Origin: Azolla caroliniana
Taxonomy: Eukaryota > Plantae > Polypodiophyta
NCBI GenBank assembly: GCA_043228905.1
Contig: JBHGNT010000104.1
Coordinates: forward strand, 1-64,000
Length of the DNA stretch: 64,000 nt
Direction of reading: 5' to 3'
The notes beneath the pieces are model-generated. The model was not told the origin of the DNA, ran no database searches, and saw only the letters and a list, made by a program, of their open reading frames with translations. How positions within the stretch are numbered: the first letter of the stretch is position 1; every line of letters starts with the position of its first letter. Positions 36,615 to 51,200 of the stretch are shown here, piece after piece. The position numbers were made by a program, and so were the translations under genes.

Positions 36615-36690
36615 AATGTGGAATGTAGGGTTGAACCCATGACCACCTGGTCTGCATTGGGTAACCTTACCAACTGAGCCCCTGGTCTCC
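36615..36690 (-). mobile_element. tRNA-derived SINE head or tRNA pseudogene
   Basis: The minus strand reads GGGGCTCAGTTGGTAAGG (A box) ..GGTCATGGGTTCAACCC (B box). Confidence 0.55.
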
Positions 36691-37779
36691 AACCTTATCG
36701 ATTGAGCTACATCCATTGGGCATCCTTACCATTTGAGCTCCATCCATCTAGGCATCTCTCTCTCTCTCTCTCTCTTTGTGGGGCTCTTTCTATCCCATCT
36801 CCTCTTCTTCTTTTGTTGAAAACACAATGGATAGATGGATGGTACCTCAATAAATGTGTATATGAGTAAAACTACTTTTACCACAACATGTAGATGGTAT
36901 CACCACAATTGAGTTATTAGGAGTGTCACTGAAGTGGTGCTACCTCCACTACACTGTTGTTGTTTTATCCTCTCTCTCTTCTTTATTCTGTCCCACCCAC
37001 CCCCTCTGTCTCTTTCTCACTCATTGTATGTAAAAACCATCATTGTAGCCCTCCATAGAAAGGAAGGGAGATAGGGTGCATTTCCAAGTGCCATCTAAAT
37101 ACTCACATGAAGAAACAATCCCCCCATATTTACTACATGTCTACCATCAAACATGAACGCATTGTGCATGTTCCAGCTATGTTGCAACCCCCCAATAAAT
37201 ACCTTCAAAACTAGAATATGGTTTCTAGATCATGTTTTGGTTCATGTTGCACATATTGGCTATAGACCCATTGTCTAGGCATCCAATAACAAGTACACAC
37301 AACTTGCCATACTTCCGATATGTGCACTACGGCATCATTTGTATTATCTTCCAAGTGAACAATACAAAAGAAACATATGTTTCATGTCAATCCTCTCCTT
37401 TTAAGGGCTCAACCTAACAGAAAGCCCCTAATTACCATTCTTTAAACAAACACTTTGGATCGAAACGCCAATTGAGAATGCCAACTACGTTGCAACATTT
37501 TTTTGCCACTCTGCATCAAACTTGTTGACATTCCACTCCTTTTGTGCTTTCGAGTAAAAACCATGAAACCTTTTTCTTTGTCGAACGAATGTGGAAATTG
37601 TACACATCAATCCATGTTAGAGCTCATCTTGGTGTCTGCCATTTGAACCATTGCTTCCATGCGAAATAGCTCACATGCATCACAATGTGAGATAGGATGT
37701 TGGGGCACAAGTAATAAGAGTGGTCGGCTATGCACACTTTACCCGAAACAAGTTCAGGAGTGCTAGAGATTATTTCTAA

Positions 37780-38640
37780 TGTAAGCATAAAATAAGGAAA
37801 TAGATGTTAGGTAGTAACGAGAAAGAGAGAGAAAGAAGGGTGTCGATCCACCCGACTACACTTGAACGAAGGGATAGAAACAGGCCCAAACCTTGAACAA
37901 CAACCCATACCGATGCCTTGATTGCTACTTGCACACGCTTACCACAAGATCACAATCCCGACATTGTCGAATAATGTGTTCATGAGGATAGTCAGGCCTC
38001 ATATTTATAGCTAGACGTAAGGCCCCCATGCAAGTTCACACTTGGCCCTTAAGAGTTGTCTCAATCCCTAGGATTAAAAGTAATACTCTCGATTAACTCA
38101 CACTTTTATCCTTGTGTGTAGAATACTAAGGTATAAACTACCATGAGATAAATTATGGTCATGCCCATAACATACCCCTCCCCCCCTCTTTAAAACATTA
38201 CACCCTCGTAATCAAAATTTAGGGAAGCTAGTTTTAATGGTGCTTTCTTGTTCCCATGTTGCATATTTATAGACTTATCCATCCATTTAACGTTAAATTT
38301 TCGGATTATTTTAGATCACAAATGTTTTGTTTTAACATCGAGAATTTTCTCTGGTACATGTAGTTTAGAAGCTAAACCTTCAGAAGTAATCAGAGTTTCA
38401 GTTGTAACTATATTATTGCTAGAACCAAGAAGTTCTTTTAGACGACTTACATGAAAAACGTAATGAATTATGACACCATTGGGAAGACCAAGATGATAGG
38501 TTGATGGCGAATGCGTTTGAGGACCATGAAAGGTCCACAAAATAGTGGTGCTAACTTAGTGCCCATACCAGTAGGCAATGTCTTAGAGTCTTGAGTCACA
38601 CATAGTAATACCTTCTATCTAGGGTTGAATACACGAGGTT
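37780..38640 (-). mobile_element. Chromovirus-type Ty3/gypsy remnant: integrase C-terminus with chromodomain, PPT and 3' LTR
   Basis: HYVFHVSRLK..PEKILDVK..FNVKW. PPT AAGAGGGGGGGAGGGG at ~38175-38190, LTR start TGTTATGGGC at 38172, TATA CTATAAATA at ~38001-38010. Far LTR end uncertain. Confidence 0.7.
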
Positions 38641-38947
38641 GCCTATTATGGTCAGTATAAAAATGCAGTCTATCTTGACTTGTTTTTATATTATCTCGTG
38701 CAATATGCAACATACCTTGAATATCCCTTATAAAGTTTTGGGTACTTCTCAACTCATCATGATGTATATTAACATCAATTGTGTCACAAACACCCCAACC
38801 ACGAACTCGGACAGAGCACAGATGATGGGACTAAGAGCGTGGAACTTAAGAAGCTACGAACTTGGAGCTAGAGGTGATGAGGTTAGGAACTTAAGAAGCA
38901 CCACACGTCTTTGTCATTGCCCTTGCTTCTAGAGTTCCTAACCTCGT

Positions 38948-39077
38948 TGTTGAGAACGCGGCCGTCTAGTGCAAAACAAATCAACACTCTTCTAAACAGA
39001 ACATCATAAACAAATACAATCAAGGTAGATTGATGAGTCTAAGCAATATCAACCGAACGCGATAAGAAACTAGAATG

Positions 39078-39111
<34 letters not shown>

Positions 39112-39286
39112 GTTGGGCACAAGATGAATTGTATTTTTAGCAACTACAAAACTAGGTTACAAAGTCAATTTATATACTGACTAACTTAGGGCAACTGACC
39201 TTCTCACTATTTACATAAATAGCCTAAACCTAGTGTGTACAAAAGGGACAGGCGTGAATACGTCCATTAGAAACCTGTATTCGACA
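38948..39286 (-). repeat. 3' LTR of C2 (339 bp)
   Basis: TGTCGAATAC..CTCAACA on the minus strand, preceded by GAGGGAG. Its end matches 57495-57567. Confidence 0.85.
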
Positions 39287-41939
39287 CTCCCTCGTAATGG
39301 GCATATACATCTAGAATCTGTAGTATAGAAATAAGTGTACAATACAGATTAGTACAAAGTTTTCGAGCAAATCGAAATTTCATTCGAATTGGTGAACTTT
39401 GAGATTCAACAAAAGGCCAAATTGGCCGAGGTCAAAGAGACTAACCGAACTTCGAACTATTGAAGTCGATTGTTTGAAAAACATCCTGAGTGTTTGACTT
39501 AATTAGACTGATTCTTTGTTATGCCCATTTGGTGCCGAAGGGATTGAAAATCGATCCGCCGAATGACACTTCGTCATCCCATCTGTGACATTATCGGTTG
39601 TAGGTATCTTCTCAAGGCCGAATTTACCTGAAATGACGTAGTCTCGAAAAAAGTGATATCGAACATCGATATGCTTGGAGGCGTTGTGATGAACCAGATT
39701 TTTTGAGAGAGCAACAACACCCTGACTATTGCTGTAGAAAACTAGAGCTGAGTCAAATTCGACTTGTCGAAACGTGCATGCTAGCCATTCAAGCCATAAA
39801 GCTTCTTTCGCCGCGTCTTACACGGCTACGTATTCGGCCTCGGTTTTTGATGTAGCAGTGCACTCTTGGAGTTTCGATTTCCATGAGATCGCTCCATTGC
39901 CGAGTTTGAAGCAATATCCGGTTGTTGATTTTCGACAGTCCACACAGCCGGCAAAGTTCGAGTCGGTGTATCCGACTACGTATGAAGTGTCATTCGGACC
40001 GAATAGGATGCCATGGTCTTTTGTGCCCACCATATATCTGAACACATGCTTGCTTGCATTCCAGTGCAATCAGCCAGGATTGTGCATGAATATGCTACAA
40101 CTCCGACGGCGTGAGCAATGTCAGGCCGTGTCGCGACCATCGCATACATCAGGGAGCTGACTGTCGGTGCATACGGAACCAACTTCATAATTTCTCCCTC
40201 TGAACATGATGTCAAACAGTCTTGCTGAGACAGCTGAAGACTAATGGGGAGCGGGGTCGAAGTAGATTTTGCCGATTACATGTTGAAGCATTCGAGGACA
40301 CGTATGATATAGTCGGATTGGGACAGAAACAATTGTCTTCGATTTCAATTCCGACTAATCTTCATACCGAGAACATGTCTTGCCGGACCGAGGTCCTTCA
40401 TGGCAAACTTCAACCGTAGTAGTCAAACAAGTTCGGCAAGCTCTTCGGCTTGCCAACTAGAGATTAACATGTTGTCCACATAGATGATGAGGAAGATGGG
40501 TGACCCATCTCGTGTCATTTTCGTGAAGAGATAGTGGTCCTCATCGCTCTTCGAGAAGCCAACTGATTGGATGAAGTCGTGAAACTTCTTACACCACTGT
40601 CGCAGTGCTTGTTTAAGGCTGTATAGACTCTTCCTGAGCCGATAGACTAAATGTTCCTGGCCTGGTACCACGAAGCCTTTCGGCTGCTCCATATAAATTT
40701 CCTCCTCTAGGTCACCGTGGAGGAATGTTGTTTTGACATCTAGCTGGATTAGCTCCAAGTTCTCGGTTGCCACTAAGGGTTGTCATTTTCACCACTAGTG
40801 AGAAGATTTCGTCGAAATCGACGCCATATTCTTGTCGAAAACCCTTAGTCTTGAATTTTGGGGTGGCCGAATCAGACGTCTCTTTAACTCGATAGGCCCA
40901 CTTGCAAGGGAGAGAGCGTCGATTCTTCGGTAATTTGACCAAGTCCCAAGTTTTGTTTGCGTTCATTTCCGACTCCATGGCCAAATGCCAGTTGGTCGAA
41001 TCGGCTAAAGCCGATGCTTCTTCGTATGACGTCAGTTCTCCGGCGTCCGTAAAGAAGATACTAGGAGAGTATCTCTCTGGGGGTTGTGACAGTCACTCGG
41101 ATCTTCAAGGTATGACTGAACTGGTCGCTTCGAGTATCGATGTCGGATGGTCCAGAGCCGAGTTGTTCGGCTGTTCCGAGTCAGACGCTGTCAAGTCGAT
41201 ACTAGAGGTTTCAACTACCCGTGAAGCCGACCTTGTGTTGTGTGTTGGGCCGTCGTGAAGGGTTGTCACAATTGAGAAAATTAACCTTCGTACTTCGATC
41301 GGCTTTTCGGCCAATTAATGCATGGTTGACTCATTGAACTTCGGATGATCTGTCTGTGCTCTAGGTCCCAGAGTCGGTATCCTATTTCGCCATCTGATCC
41401 ATAACCGAGGAAAATACATTTCTTGGACCTTGGTGCAAGTTTGCGGCAATCATCTTCCGAAAGCATTTCAATTCTCCGTCGGATTGATTTTCGACCATAG
41501 CGAGCCAATCGGAAAAAATCGAGAACACTCAATATTTAGTTTTAATTGGGTACGCCCACACCTTCCGAGTCGAGTCGTCAATAAAGTTGCTGAAATACAA
41601 GGCACCACCGAGAGACTGATGTGGCATAGGACCACAGACGTCCGAGTGGACCAAATCGAGGGGACTCAATTCTCTCGGTGCTGATGTCGGATGTGATGCG
41701 GCTATCTATTTGCCGTACTGGCAATGCTTGCAGAGCTAATGATCAGAGAAGGAGAGTTTAGGGATGTATCCGGCTCTAGATAAATGCGTGATGCCGGCCT
41801 TGCTAAGGTGTCTGAGTCGTCCGTGCCATAGTGATGACATGGGAATGTCGATCAAGAATAAGTCACCCTCTGTGAGTGTGACGTACAACGGGTACAATGA
41901 GTGTAATTTCGGTCCTCGAGCAAGCAGGAGATTCCCACT

Positions 41940-44900
41940 TGATGAGGTAGAGATGATAGAAAGGAGAGATAAGGAAGATAAACAAACCCAAAACCACAAA
42001 AATCTATTGCTAATGAATAATTATGATGGAAGGAAGAGAGAAAGAAGATGCATAAATCCAAGTCTACAAGGATAAATTAATAACAACTCAACCAACACTA
42101 CATGAATAGGCAAGAAAACATCACAAGAAAGAGACTCTCCCACCACCTTACTCTTCTTCCTTTATATAAAGTTCTCTTCCACTGGATAAGCTTCCCTTGC
42201 TTTCTTTTTTATGCTTTTTTTAGAGTTTTCATCGAGTCCTATTCTTATCTATGACACAACAATCTTCAAATTTTCATATCTCCCTCATCCAGGCTCAAAA
42301 TTTAGAGATTTAAAAAGTTATGGATAGCTCTCTTCACAAGCTTTCTAATCCATATTTGCACATTATATTTGTCTTCCAAAAGAATGAGTTATGCTCGTTC
42401 GTTGTAGATTGTGTTTTGGTGGCTTGCTTTTTTCTTCTTTTACTTTTCTCCATCTTTCTTGCTTTTAGTTTGACTTATCCTTGAGACCTTGGTTCGTGAT
42501 CTTGCCCTCCGGATGTGAACGCACGATACCTTATATTCTTTTAGACTTCAATACCTTGAATTCTAAAAACACTTTCACATTTAGCCCTCCCCCTTGCTTC
42601 TTGGTGAACCATTTATGGTGAACCCTAAGCTACTAATAAAACCAAATATTCTCCTTCGCCTTATTCATGGCTATAGACAAAGAAGGAGAGAATAAATAAA
42701 AAGAAACAAATTATGTGAGTAAAAACCCTGCTAGTCGGTAGGAAAAACCTCACAGTCCTAGACACATACGCACACACACACACACACATTGACAATAGCC
42801 ACCACCATCTTTCTCCTTGTCAACACAAAGAAAGAGGTTACAACAATTATTATATCTTCCTCAACTCTCCAAATACTAGGTGGACCATGTGATACATAAC
42901 TCTTGAGAGAAGTAAGCATGTCAACATATGAATAAACCTTTTGAGCGAGCGAACCTTTTGCACAAAAACCTTCAAAGCTTTGAGACTTGTCAGAGTTGTC
43001 ACCTTTTGAATTACTTTGATCTTTGATTCCGCGTGAATTCCTTCTTCGCAAATGACATTCTCCACACTACCTTGTTTTGTATGTTTGACCATTTCATCTA
43101 TAATCTCACCTCGAAAAGGACGCAAAAATAGATCTCGTTTGGTTGAATCATTCAAGGGTTGAAAGTTGATGTCTTTCTCCTTTGGAACCACAACAATAGG
43201 TGAGACAAACTTCAAATCCTCCAACTTGATGTGGTGTTGGGGGCCTTCTACTCATCTATAATCTCATCTCGAAAAGGAAGCAAAAATAGATCTCGTTTGC
43301 TTGAATCATTCAAGGGTTGAAAGTTGATGTCTTTCTCCTTTGGAACCACAACAATAGGTGAGACAAACTTCAAATCCTCCAACTTGATGTGGTGTTGGAT
43401 GCCTTCTACTCTTATTTGTGAATATTCATTTATGAATATCTTTGGAAACTTAAAAAGAAGAGAAATAAACCTAAGATCCTCTTCTCCTTGGACATCTTTT
43501 GAAATCATCTTCTTTTTCCCCTTTAGGGTGATAATACTTTTCTCTTCAATGAATTCTTCTTCCTCCTTAGACATCATGTGGAATGATTTGTTTTCCCTAT
43601 CCCACGAAGATTCATCAATTGTTATGCTTTCCTCTTCTTGCTTGCCATTGTCGATAGATGATTCCTTCTCCTTTATACATTTGATTAGTTGTGGTGGATC
43701 CTTTGATGGTGATAAGTTCATGATACTCCAATCATGCATTACAAGTAATTCTCTTGGCTCTTGATCAAATTGTTGTTGAAGAGTTAATGCCCACATAACT
43801 TTGTTGCTACTCAATGCAAATCCAAAACACAAATCTTGCATGAACACCTTCATACACTACAACTTGGCACTTACCAATGCTTCCTTACACGCATTGATCT
43901 CCAAAAACCAATTTCCAACTATCACTTCCAAGTTACCTTCTTCATCTTGCAACTCCCTTGTGGGTACTTCACCATCAACAACTTTTTCTGTCATATCTTC
44001 CATTTCATCTTGCACATATTCATCATTAACCACCATATTGCTTGTTGTATCAATAATGTCCTCAACATGATGTACATTGGCATCACCATCCATAGCATCG
44101 CTTCTCATAACAATCTCCTTGGATTCATCTTTCACATCATCATTCTTTATATCATGGTTGTCCTCGTGAACTATATGGGGGAACTCCACATTCATCACCT
44201 CTTCTTCTTTGTCTCTGGAATCACCTTCATAGACATCATTATAACTCCAAAAATTAGAATAATGATATGAGGGAACCTATTGAATCGGACATTGCAAGTA
44301 TGCTGGTTGTTGGCTCATGATCGATCCACAATTATTATAGCTTGGATTTATGGTATATGATGTCGATGCTCCATATGCTTCACCGAATAACAACTTCTTC
44401 AATTGTTGATCATAACTTTGACATACTCGAAGCAAATAATGGAAAGACCTTGGGTACTTCATATGCACTTCATATTGAAAATATGGATCTAGCCCTACTT
44501 TGAATCTTTGCATCTTGAAGTATACATCTTCAACGCCTCCAACAAGTTCAATCCAAGTGGACCATATATCCAAAAACGTCTTCTCATACTCGAGGTAGCA
44601 CATTGATGAAACCATACGCAATTGGAAAAGTTCTCTTCGTAGATCTGTCGCATCGCGAACTCCATATCTTGCCATCAGTTTGATGATGAATTGGTAGATC
44701 CAACCATCAATGAGTGGACAACCGTTCCTCCTGTTATACGAAAAGGATCGTCCCTCCTTGGAGCGCCAAAAAATGATAGAGGTAGAGATGATAGAAAGGA
44801 GAGATAAGGACGATAAACAAACCCAAAACCACAAAGATCTATTACTAATGAATAATTATGATGGAAGGAAGAGAGAAAGAAGATACATAAATCCAGGTCT

Positions 44901-45413
44901 ACAAGGATAAATTAATAACAACTCAACCAACACTACATGAATAGGCAAGAAAACATCACAAGAAAGAGACTCTCCCACCACCTTACTCTTCTTCCTTTAT
45001 ATAAAGTTCTCTTCCACTGGATAAGCTTCCCTTGCTTTCTTTTTATGCTTTTTTTAGAGTTTTCATCGAGTCCTATTCTTATCTATGACACAACAATATT
45101 CAAATCTTCATATCTCCCTCGTCCGGGCTCAAAATGTAGAGATTTAAAAAGTTATGGATAGCTCTCTTCACAAGCTTTCTAACCCATATTTGCACATTAT
45201 ATTTGGTTTCCAAAAGAATGAGTTATGATCGTTCGTTGTAGATTGTGTTTTGGTGGCCCGCTTTTTTCTTCTTTTACTTTTCTCCACCTTTCTTGCTTTT
45301 AGTTTGACTTATCCTTGAGACCTTGGTTCGTGATCTTGCCCTCCGGATGTGAACGCATGATACCTTATATTCTTTTAGACTTCAATACCTTGAATTCTAA
45401 AAACACTTTCACA
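41940..45413 (-). mobile_element. N: 3.47-kb non-autonomous gypsy-derived LTR element
   Basis: 640-bp LTRs 41940-42579 and 44774-45413. TSD CCACT (41935-41939, 45414-45418). PBS TGGCGCTCCAAGGAGGG (tRNA-Asn-like) 44752-44768. PPT AAGAAGCAAGGGGGAGGG at ~42585-42602. The interior has gag and collapsed RT remnants only. Confidence 0.93.
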
Positions 45414-48287
45414 CCACTGTGGAGTGTCCACCCTCCTGATGAGAAGCCGGCATAGATGCCATGCCGTCTTCGTCCAATTGTCCGATTGAGATCAACGGTC
45501 TTGAGAGCTCCAGTACATGTCAAACATTGTGTAGTAGTAGTGTAGAGCCACTCAGAAGATTGATCTCTACTGTGTCGATTCTGATTATGGTGCTATGTTG
45601 CAAATTTCCGACTCCAATTGAGTTGGAATGTCAGGCTGAGTATTGACGAAATTGGGATCGATGAGGGTGGTTGGAATTCGGTCTCTACAGATGGGATCCG
45701 GTGATGAATAAAGAGGACCCGGTGAGAACCGGAAGAGATCCGGAAACAGAGAGGAGACTCGGTGAGAACCGGAAGAGAAGACATATCTGTAAATATGTTT
45801 TGAGTAAGCCTATTGAGGCTATATTTGTAAATAGCCCTAAGTTCATATAAGTATAAATATGACTTAGGGCAATCACTTTGTAAGGTTGTTGTAGTTGTCA
45901 TACTATTGTAATTCTTGTACAGAGAGCGACAAAGAGAGAGAGTCTGTGAGATATAGAGAGATACTTTGTTGTAACCGTCGGTTGGAAGATACAGAGCTCG
46001 AGGTCGTTGCCTCCGAGGCTTTGATTGTACCTTTCTCCCATAGTGATAGTTGGAGTCTGTGGGCTCCCGTGGTTTTTTCCCTATTTGGGTTTTCCACGTA
46101 AACATCCTATGTATTTTTGTTGTGTACTCTCCAATTCCCATTTCTGTGTTTCACTCTCATAGAAGTGATTCAAGACTTGGTTGTGGTCGAGCAATATTCC
46201 GTACTAATCCTCGACAAGTGGTATCAGAGCGAATAACATTGGAAATGGAAGAATCATTCGGCGGCATGTTCAAGCTCACCGGCTCCAACTACTCATTGTG
46301 GAAGTCAAAGATGAGGGATATGCTGGTGGTTAAAGATCTTTGGTTGCTGGTTCAGTTTGGGGACAAGAGACCGGATAAGATCGACGCCACAGTGTGGGAG
46401 GTGATGCACATAATGACATACATCCGATGCTCCATCGACATTAGCCTGTACAACAACTTCAATGAAGAGAGCAAGGCTCATGAACTCTGGGAGAAGATCA
46501 ACATCATGTTCTAGAACAAGAATGTTGTTAATCGGGTTTTGGTAGTCTGGAAGCTAGTGAGGCTCTGGTACCAGGACGACTTCAATATGATGGAGCACAT
46601 GAATGCCTTATAGGGGCTGATACACCAGGCAACCTCGTTGGAAGTACCTCTCGACGATGAGGTACTCACATTGCTCCTGCTTGGCTCCCTCCTGGATAGC
46701 TGGGAGACATTAGTTGTCACGTTGGGCAACGCCGGGCCGGAAGGAAAACAGTTGTCCCTAGCAAGGGTAAAATCAAGCTTGCTAGATAAAGAAGTTCGCC
46801 GGAAGGACCGGGAGTCCGGAACCGATCCGAAGGCCTTGGTCACAAAAGATGACCACGATCGGGGAAGAGGCCGATATCGGAGTCCCCAAAACCGGGACAA
46901 ATCGGGGACGAGGTCGACGTCAAGGGGGAGGCCCACGTGCTTCTATTGTGGGAAGCCGGGACACTTCCAGAAGAACTGCCGGCATTTCCGGAAGGAGAAA
47001 GAAACCGACACTACCGATTCGAAGAAGAGTTCGGACCGAAACGGTTCGGACCGGAGAGGCCCTGATCGGAAAGGAACATTGGCGATCATGACAAGTGAAG
47101 AAGAACTGATGCTCATTACCGAAGAGAATGAGTTAAACCTTGTCGACGATGAGACAACATGGGTTGTTGATTCCGGAGCGTTGTTCCACCTAACACCGGA
47201 TCGTAAATGCTTCTCATCCTACAGAGCCAGTGATCATGGTTGTGTCCGGATGGGGAATGAAGGCACATGCCGAATTATCGGCATAGGAGATGTGTTGTTG
47301 ACGACATCAACCGGATGCAAATTGCTGTTGAAGGATGTCCGACACGTTCCGGAGGTTCGATTGAACCTGATATCAGCCAGTCGGCTAGATGATGAAGGCT
47401 ACACGGGTAGCATCCAGAACGGTGTTATCAAGTTCAACAAGGGAAGCTTGATAGTGGTTCGAGCCCGAAAGATCAACACACTATACTTGATGAATGCCCG
47501 GATATGCCGGGAAGAAGTGAATGTAGCATCTGACACTACCGGTGAGCTGTGACACAAAAGTCTGTGTCACATGAGTCAGAAGGGGACGAAGAGGCTTGCC
47601 AAAGACAACCTCATTCCGGTGAAGGACGTGCAACTTGAGAAGTGCACTGATTGCTTGGTCGGCAAGCAAAACTGAACCTCCTTCCAGTCAAGACCACCGA
47701 TGAGATGGAATGCACCACTAGAGCTGGTGCATACCGATGTGTGTCAAGTGGACACGAAGTCACATGCCGGATCGCAGTACTTCGTGACGTTCATAGATGA
47801 CCACATCCAGAAGCTATGGGTCTCACCATTGAAGACGAAGGATCAGATGCTATCCGTCTTCAAGGTGCTCCACACGAGACTGGAAAGAGAAACCGGTGTT
47901 ACCGGCCGGCAAGGAGTCCAAAATACGGAGTGAAGGAATTAATTAAGTATGGTTGTAAATAAGCATAGTGTGGACGGACGGACTGGAAACGGTATGCCGT
48001 TCCAGATCCGGACGGATCCCGAATAGGTGCGATAGGCACCGTTTTGTACTACGGGCCGGAAACCTATTTAAAGGCCCGGACCCCATTGTAATCGCAGCGG
48101 ATAATTAATAGAGCGTATGGTGTTTATACTTCTGTGTTGATTTCCGTTCTGTAATTATTGTTATATCTTACGCGTGTAATTAACAAAAGCGCTCTAATCG
48201 TGTAACCTACGTAAGTCGGTGTAATCGTTGAGTCATAATCCTATGCCGTAATCACCCTTTGGTGAAGTGTCTCCGTGACACCTTGTG

Positions 48288-51200
48288 TTAGGCCTTGTCC
48301 GTATCCGTCCATTGGAACGGTGTCCGATGTACCGCGGTGTGTAATGGTGTAGCCAAGTCAGCCAAGTGACGGAGCATCCGGCTGTGCCACCGGATCTGTC
48401 CTAAGAATCGGCTTAGTGCTTTGGTCGTTTTCGGCGCCGGTGCCCCTAGTATCGCGTTTACTTTGTCCGGGTCAACCGCAATGCCCTCCTTACTTACAAT
48501 GTGTCCCAGTAAGATTCCACTTGAAACCCCAAAGATGCATTTTGCTGGGTTTAAGCTTAGCCGGTATAACCTACACTTTTCAAGGCATAACCGTAGGTGC
48601 TGCAAATGGTCTTTTTCCCGGCTATAGACTGCAAAGTCATCCAGGAAAACCTGCATGAAGGCTGGAATGTATTCGCCGAAGATCTCCATGATGATTCGCT
48701 GGAAAGTTGCTGGTGCCGTTTTTAGTCTGAACATCATTACTACGGCCACAAACAACCCCCATTCGGTGACGAACGCTGTCTTCTCCTGGTCGTCAGGGTG
48801 CATCCGGATTTGATTGTATTCGCTGAACCCGTCTAAAAAGCTATAAACTTCATGGCCGGCGACGGCATCCAGTACTCCATCTGTGAACGGAAGAGGGAAT
48901 GCATCCGTAATTGTGGCTGCATTTAGTTTCCTGTAATCTACACACACGCGGATTTTACCGTTCTTCTTTGGGACGACGACGATGGGGCTCAGCCACGTCG
49001 CTTTCTTTACCGGCCGGATGAAGCCCACTCTTAGGAGTTTGTCGATTTCCTCCTTCACTTTGGCGGCGTAGTTGGGGTTCATTCGGTAACGTCTTTGCGC
49101 CACTGGTTTCGCGTCCTTGCCTAAGTGGATCTGATGCTGATATAATTGAGGGTCCAGCCCTCGCATGTCTTCGTATGACTAGGCGAATACGTCGCGAAAC
49201 TCCGTGAGAAGTTTGATCATTGCCGCTTTATCTTCCGGCTTCATTTCTTTGGCGATGTGTACCGGCTTTGATTCGTCCTTGCTTCCTAGGTTCACTTCAT
49301 CGAGCTGGGATGTTTTTACCCGTTGGGAAACGGCCATTTCCCGTTCCAACGCTTCCTGTGCTTGCCGTAATTCTCGAATCGAATCTTTGTCTGGTTCGGC
49401 TTCGGTTTCGTCCCGCTGCGGCAAGTATGGCGCTACGGCTTCAGCCACGTCAATCTCGAAAAGTGGTACGATCTTCGGGTGTTCCTCCAAGTACTGGGCT
49501 TCTTCATCGTCTGCCAACCCTTCAAGCATGTTCACGCATTCCGCATACAGCGGTGTGCATTCCTTACCGTTGCTCGTCTGTGGTTGTGTCGGTACCCGGA
49601 CCTTGGCTTTTCCGCGCCGGAAGGTAATCATATTTTTCCGCCAATTTTGCTTGATGTGTGCTGTTTTCAACCATGGTCTGCCCAGCAACAGTGGGTACGC
49701 GCCTTGCGCCTGTAGCTGCAGCACTACAACCGAGATGTGAAATGTGTGACCTCCTATGGTGACTTCCAATTTCCGTATTAAGCCCGTCGGCCGTACAGAG
49801 CTCGTATCCGCCATCCGTAGCCAGAACGGACATGGCTCCTATTCATGTATACCCAAGGCATCACACGTGCGGAGGCTTATTACGTTCACCCCGGAACCTC
49901 CATCGATTACTGTGCCGGGAAGTTCGTGCCCTTTGACAATAGCTGTAATCACCGGACTACTAGTGTCCACCACCGTCGGTCCCTCCTCCGGATTCGAGAA
50001 GAGGACTGGTGCCGGTGGGGCTATACCGTCTGTCATGACCGTTTTTAGTCCTTCCGTAAATCGCGGCACGAGCTGCAAGAGTCTTCCTAATGGCAACGTG
50101 ATCTGACATTCTTGCAGTACTTGCCATGTCTCGTTTTCTGCGTGGCTACCGCCGGCACTCCCTATGGTATTCGCCTTTTGCCGTTCCGCGTCCGCGACGT
50201 TCCTTTCATTGGCTTCCTTCACCCATTCCGTCGCCTGTTTTCGTATGGCCTCTTGTGTTTCCCACTCTTTGGCCATGCCTTTCGACCGTGTGGTTACTTG
50301 CTGTACATCCGCCACTTCCGGAACCACCATATTAACTGCTGGTCGTTTATCGTAGCTCTTTGCCGGGCACTGGTTACTGTAGTGGCCTTCCTGCCTGCAG
50401 TAGTAGCAGTACTCTTTACGGGTATTGCTGGATTCAGCATTGCTGGTAGCCGGAGTCAGTCCCGTAGTGAGTGGTGCGTTCTGTGCCGGTTGGCTCCTTG
50501 GGGTTCCATGTTCCGGGTCCCTAGTGTGACCACCTTTCTTGAAATTACGTTTCTTATTATTCTTATTTTTATTTCGGTAGTCCTGTTGTGGTGGATCGTA
50601 AAATCGGCCGTAGTCCTCCTGGTGCCTTCGGTAACCAGGGGAATGGTCTCTGTCGTATTGCTCGTGTCGTCTGTTGGACTCCCGATAACGGTCCGATCGC
50701 TCATACCGGTCGTAGTTATCATGCCGATCCCCGTACCGGCCATCATTCTCTTGTCTGTCTCCGTACCGGACATCCTGTGCCGGTCGGTACCGGTTCATTC
50801 TTTGCCAACGATCTTCATCTTCGTCTCGGCTGCTTCTTGGCTCGATCCGTCGAACGGGTGGTGCTTGTCGGTTTAGCAGGTTATACTCGCACCGGTCCGT
50901 TGTATGACTCTTGGATTGACAAATCACACACTGGGTTCGCATGGTGCACTCCACTGCCGAGTGTCCGGCATTCAAGCAAATTGTGCATTGAATTGCCTGC
51001 CGGAACCGGAGATCTTCATCTGTGGGTAACGCCCGTTGCAGTGCTCCCAGTGTAAGCCATGAGCTTGACTTTTCCATTTCTCTGACCCGGTCAACGACCT
51101 GGTCAATGGTGCTTCCTCGAAAGTCGATCACCGTACACACCGTGCGTAACGGTTCCCGGAGTGCGTTTAAAAATATCGTCCGTAATTCCTCCTCCGGGGG

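Noticed and set aside
49179-49841. APOBEC-like TGG-to-TAG editing in GS
   Set aside because: Only two events, and ordinary cytosine deamination suffices.
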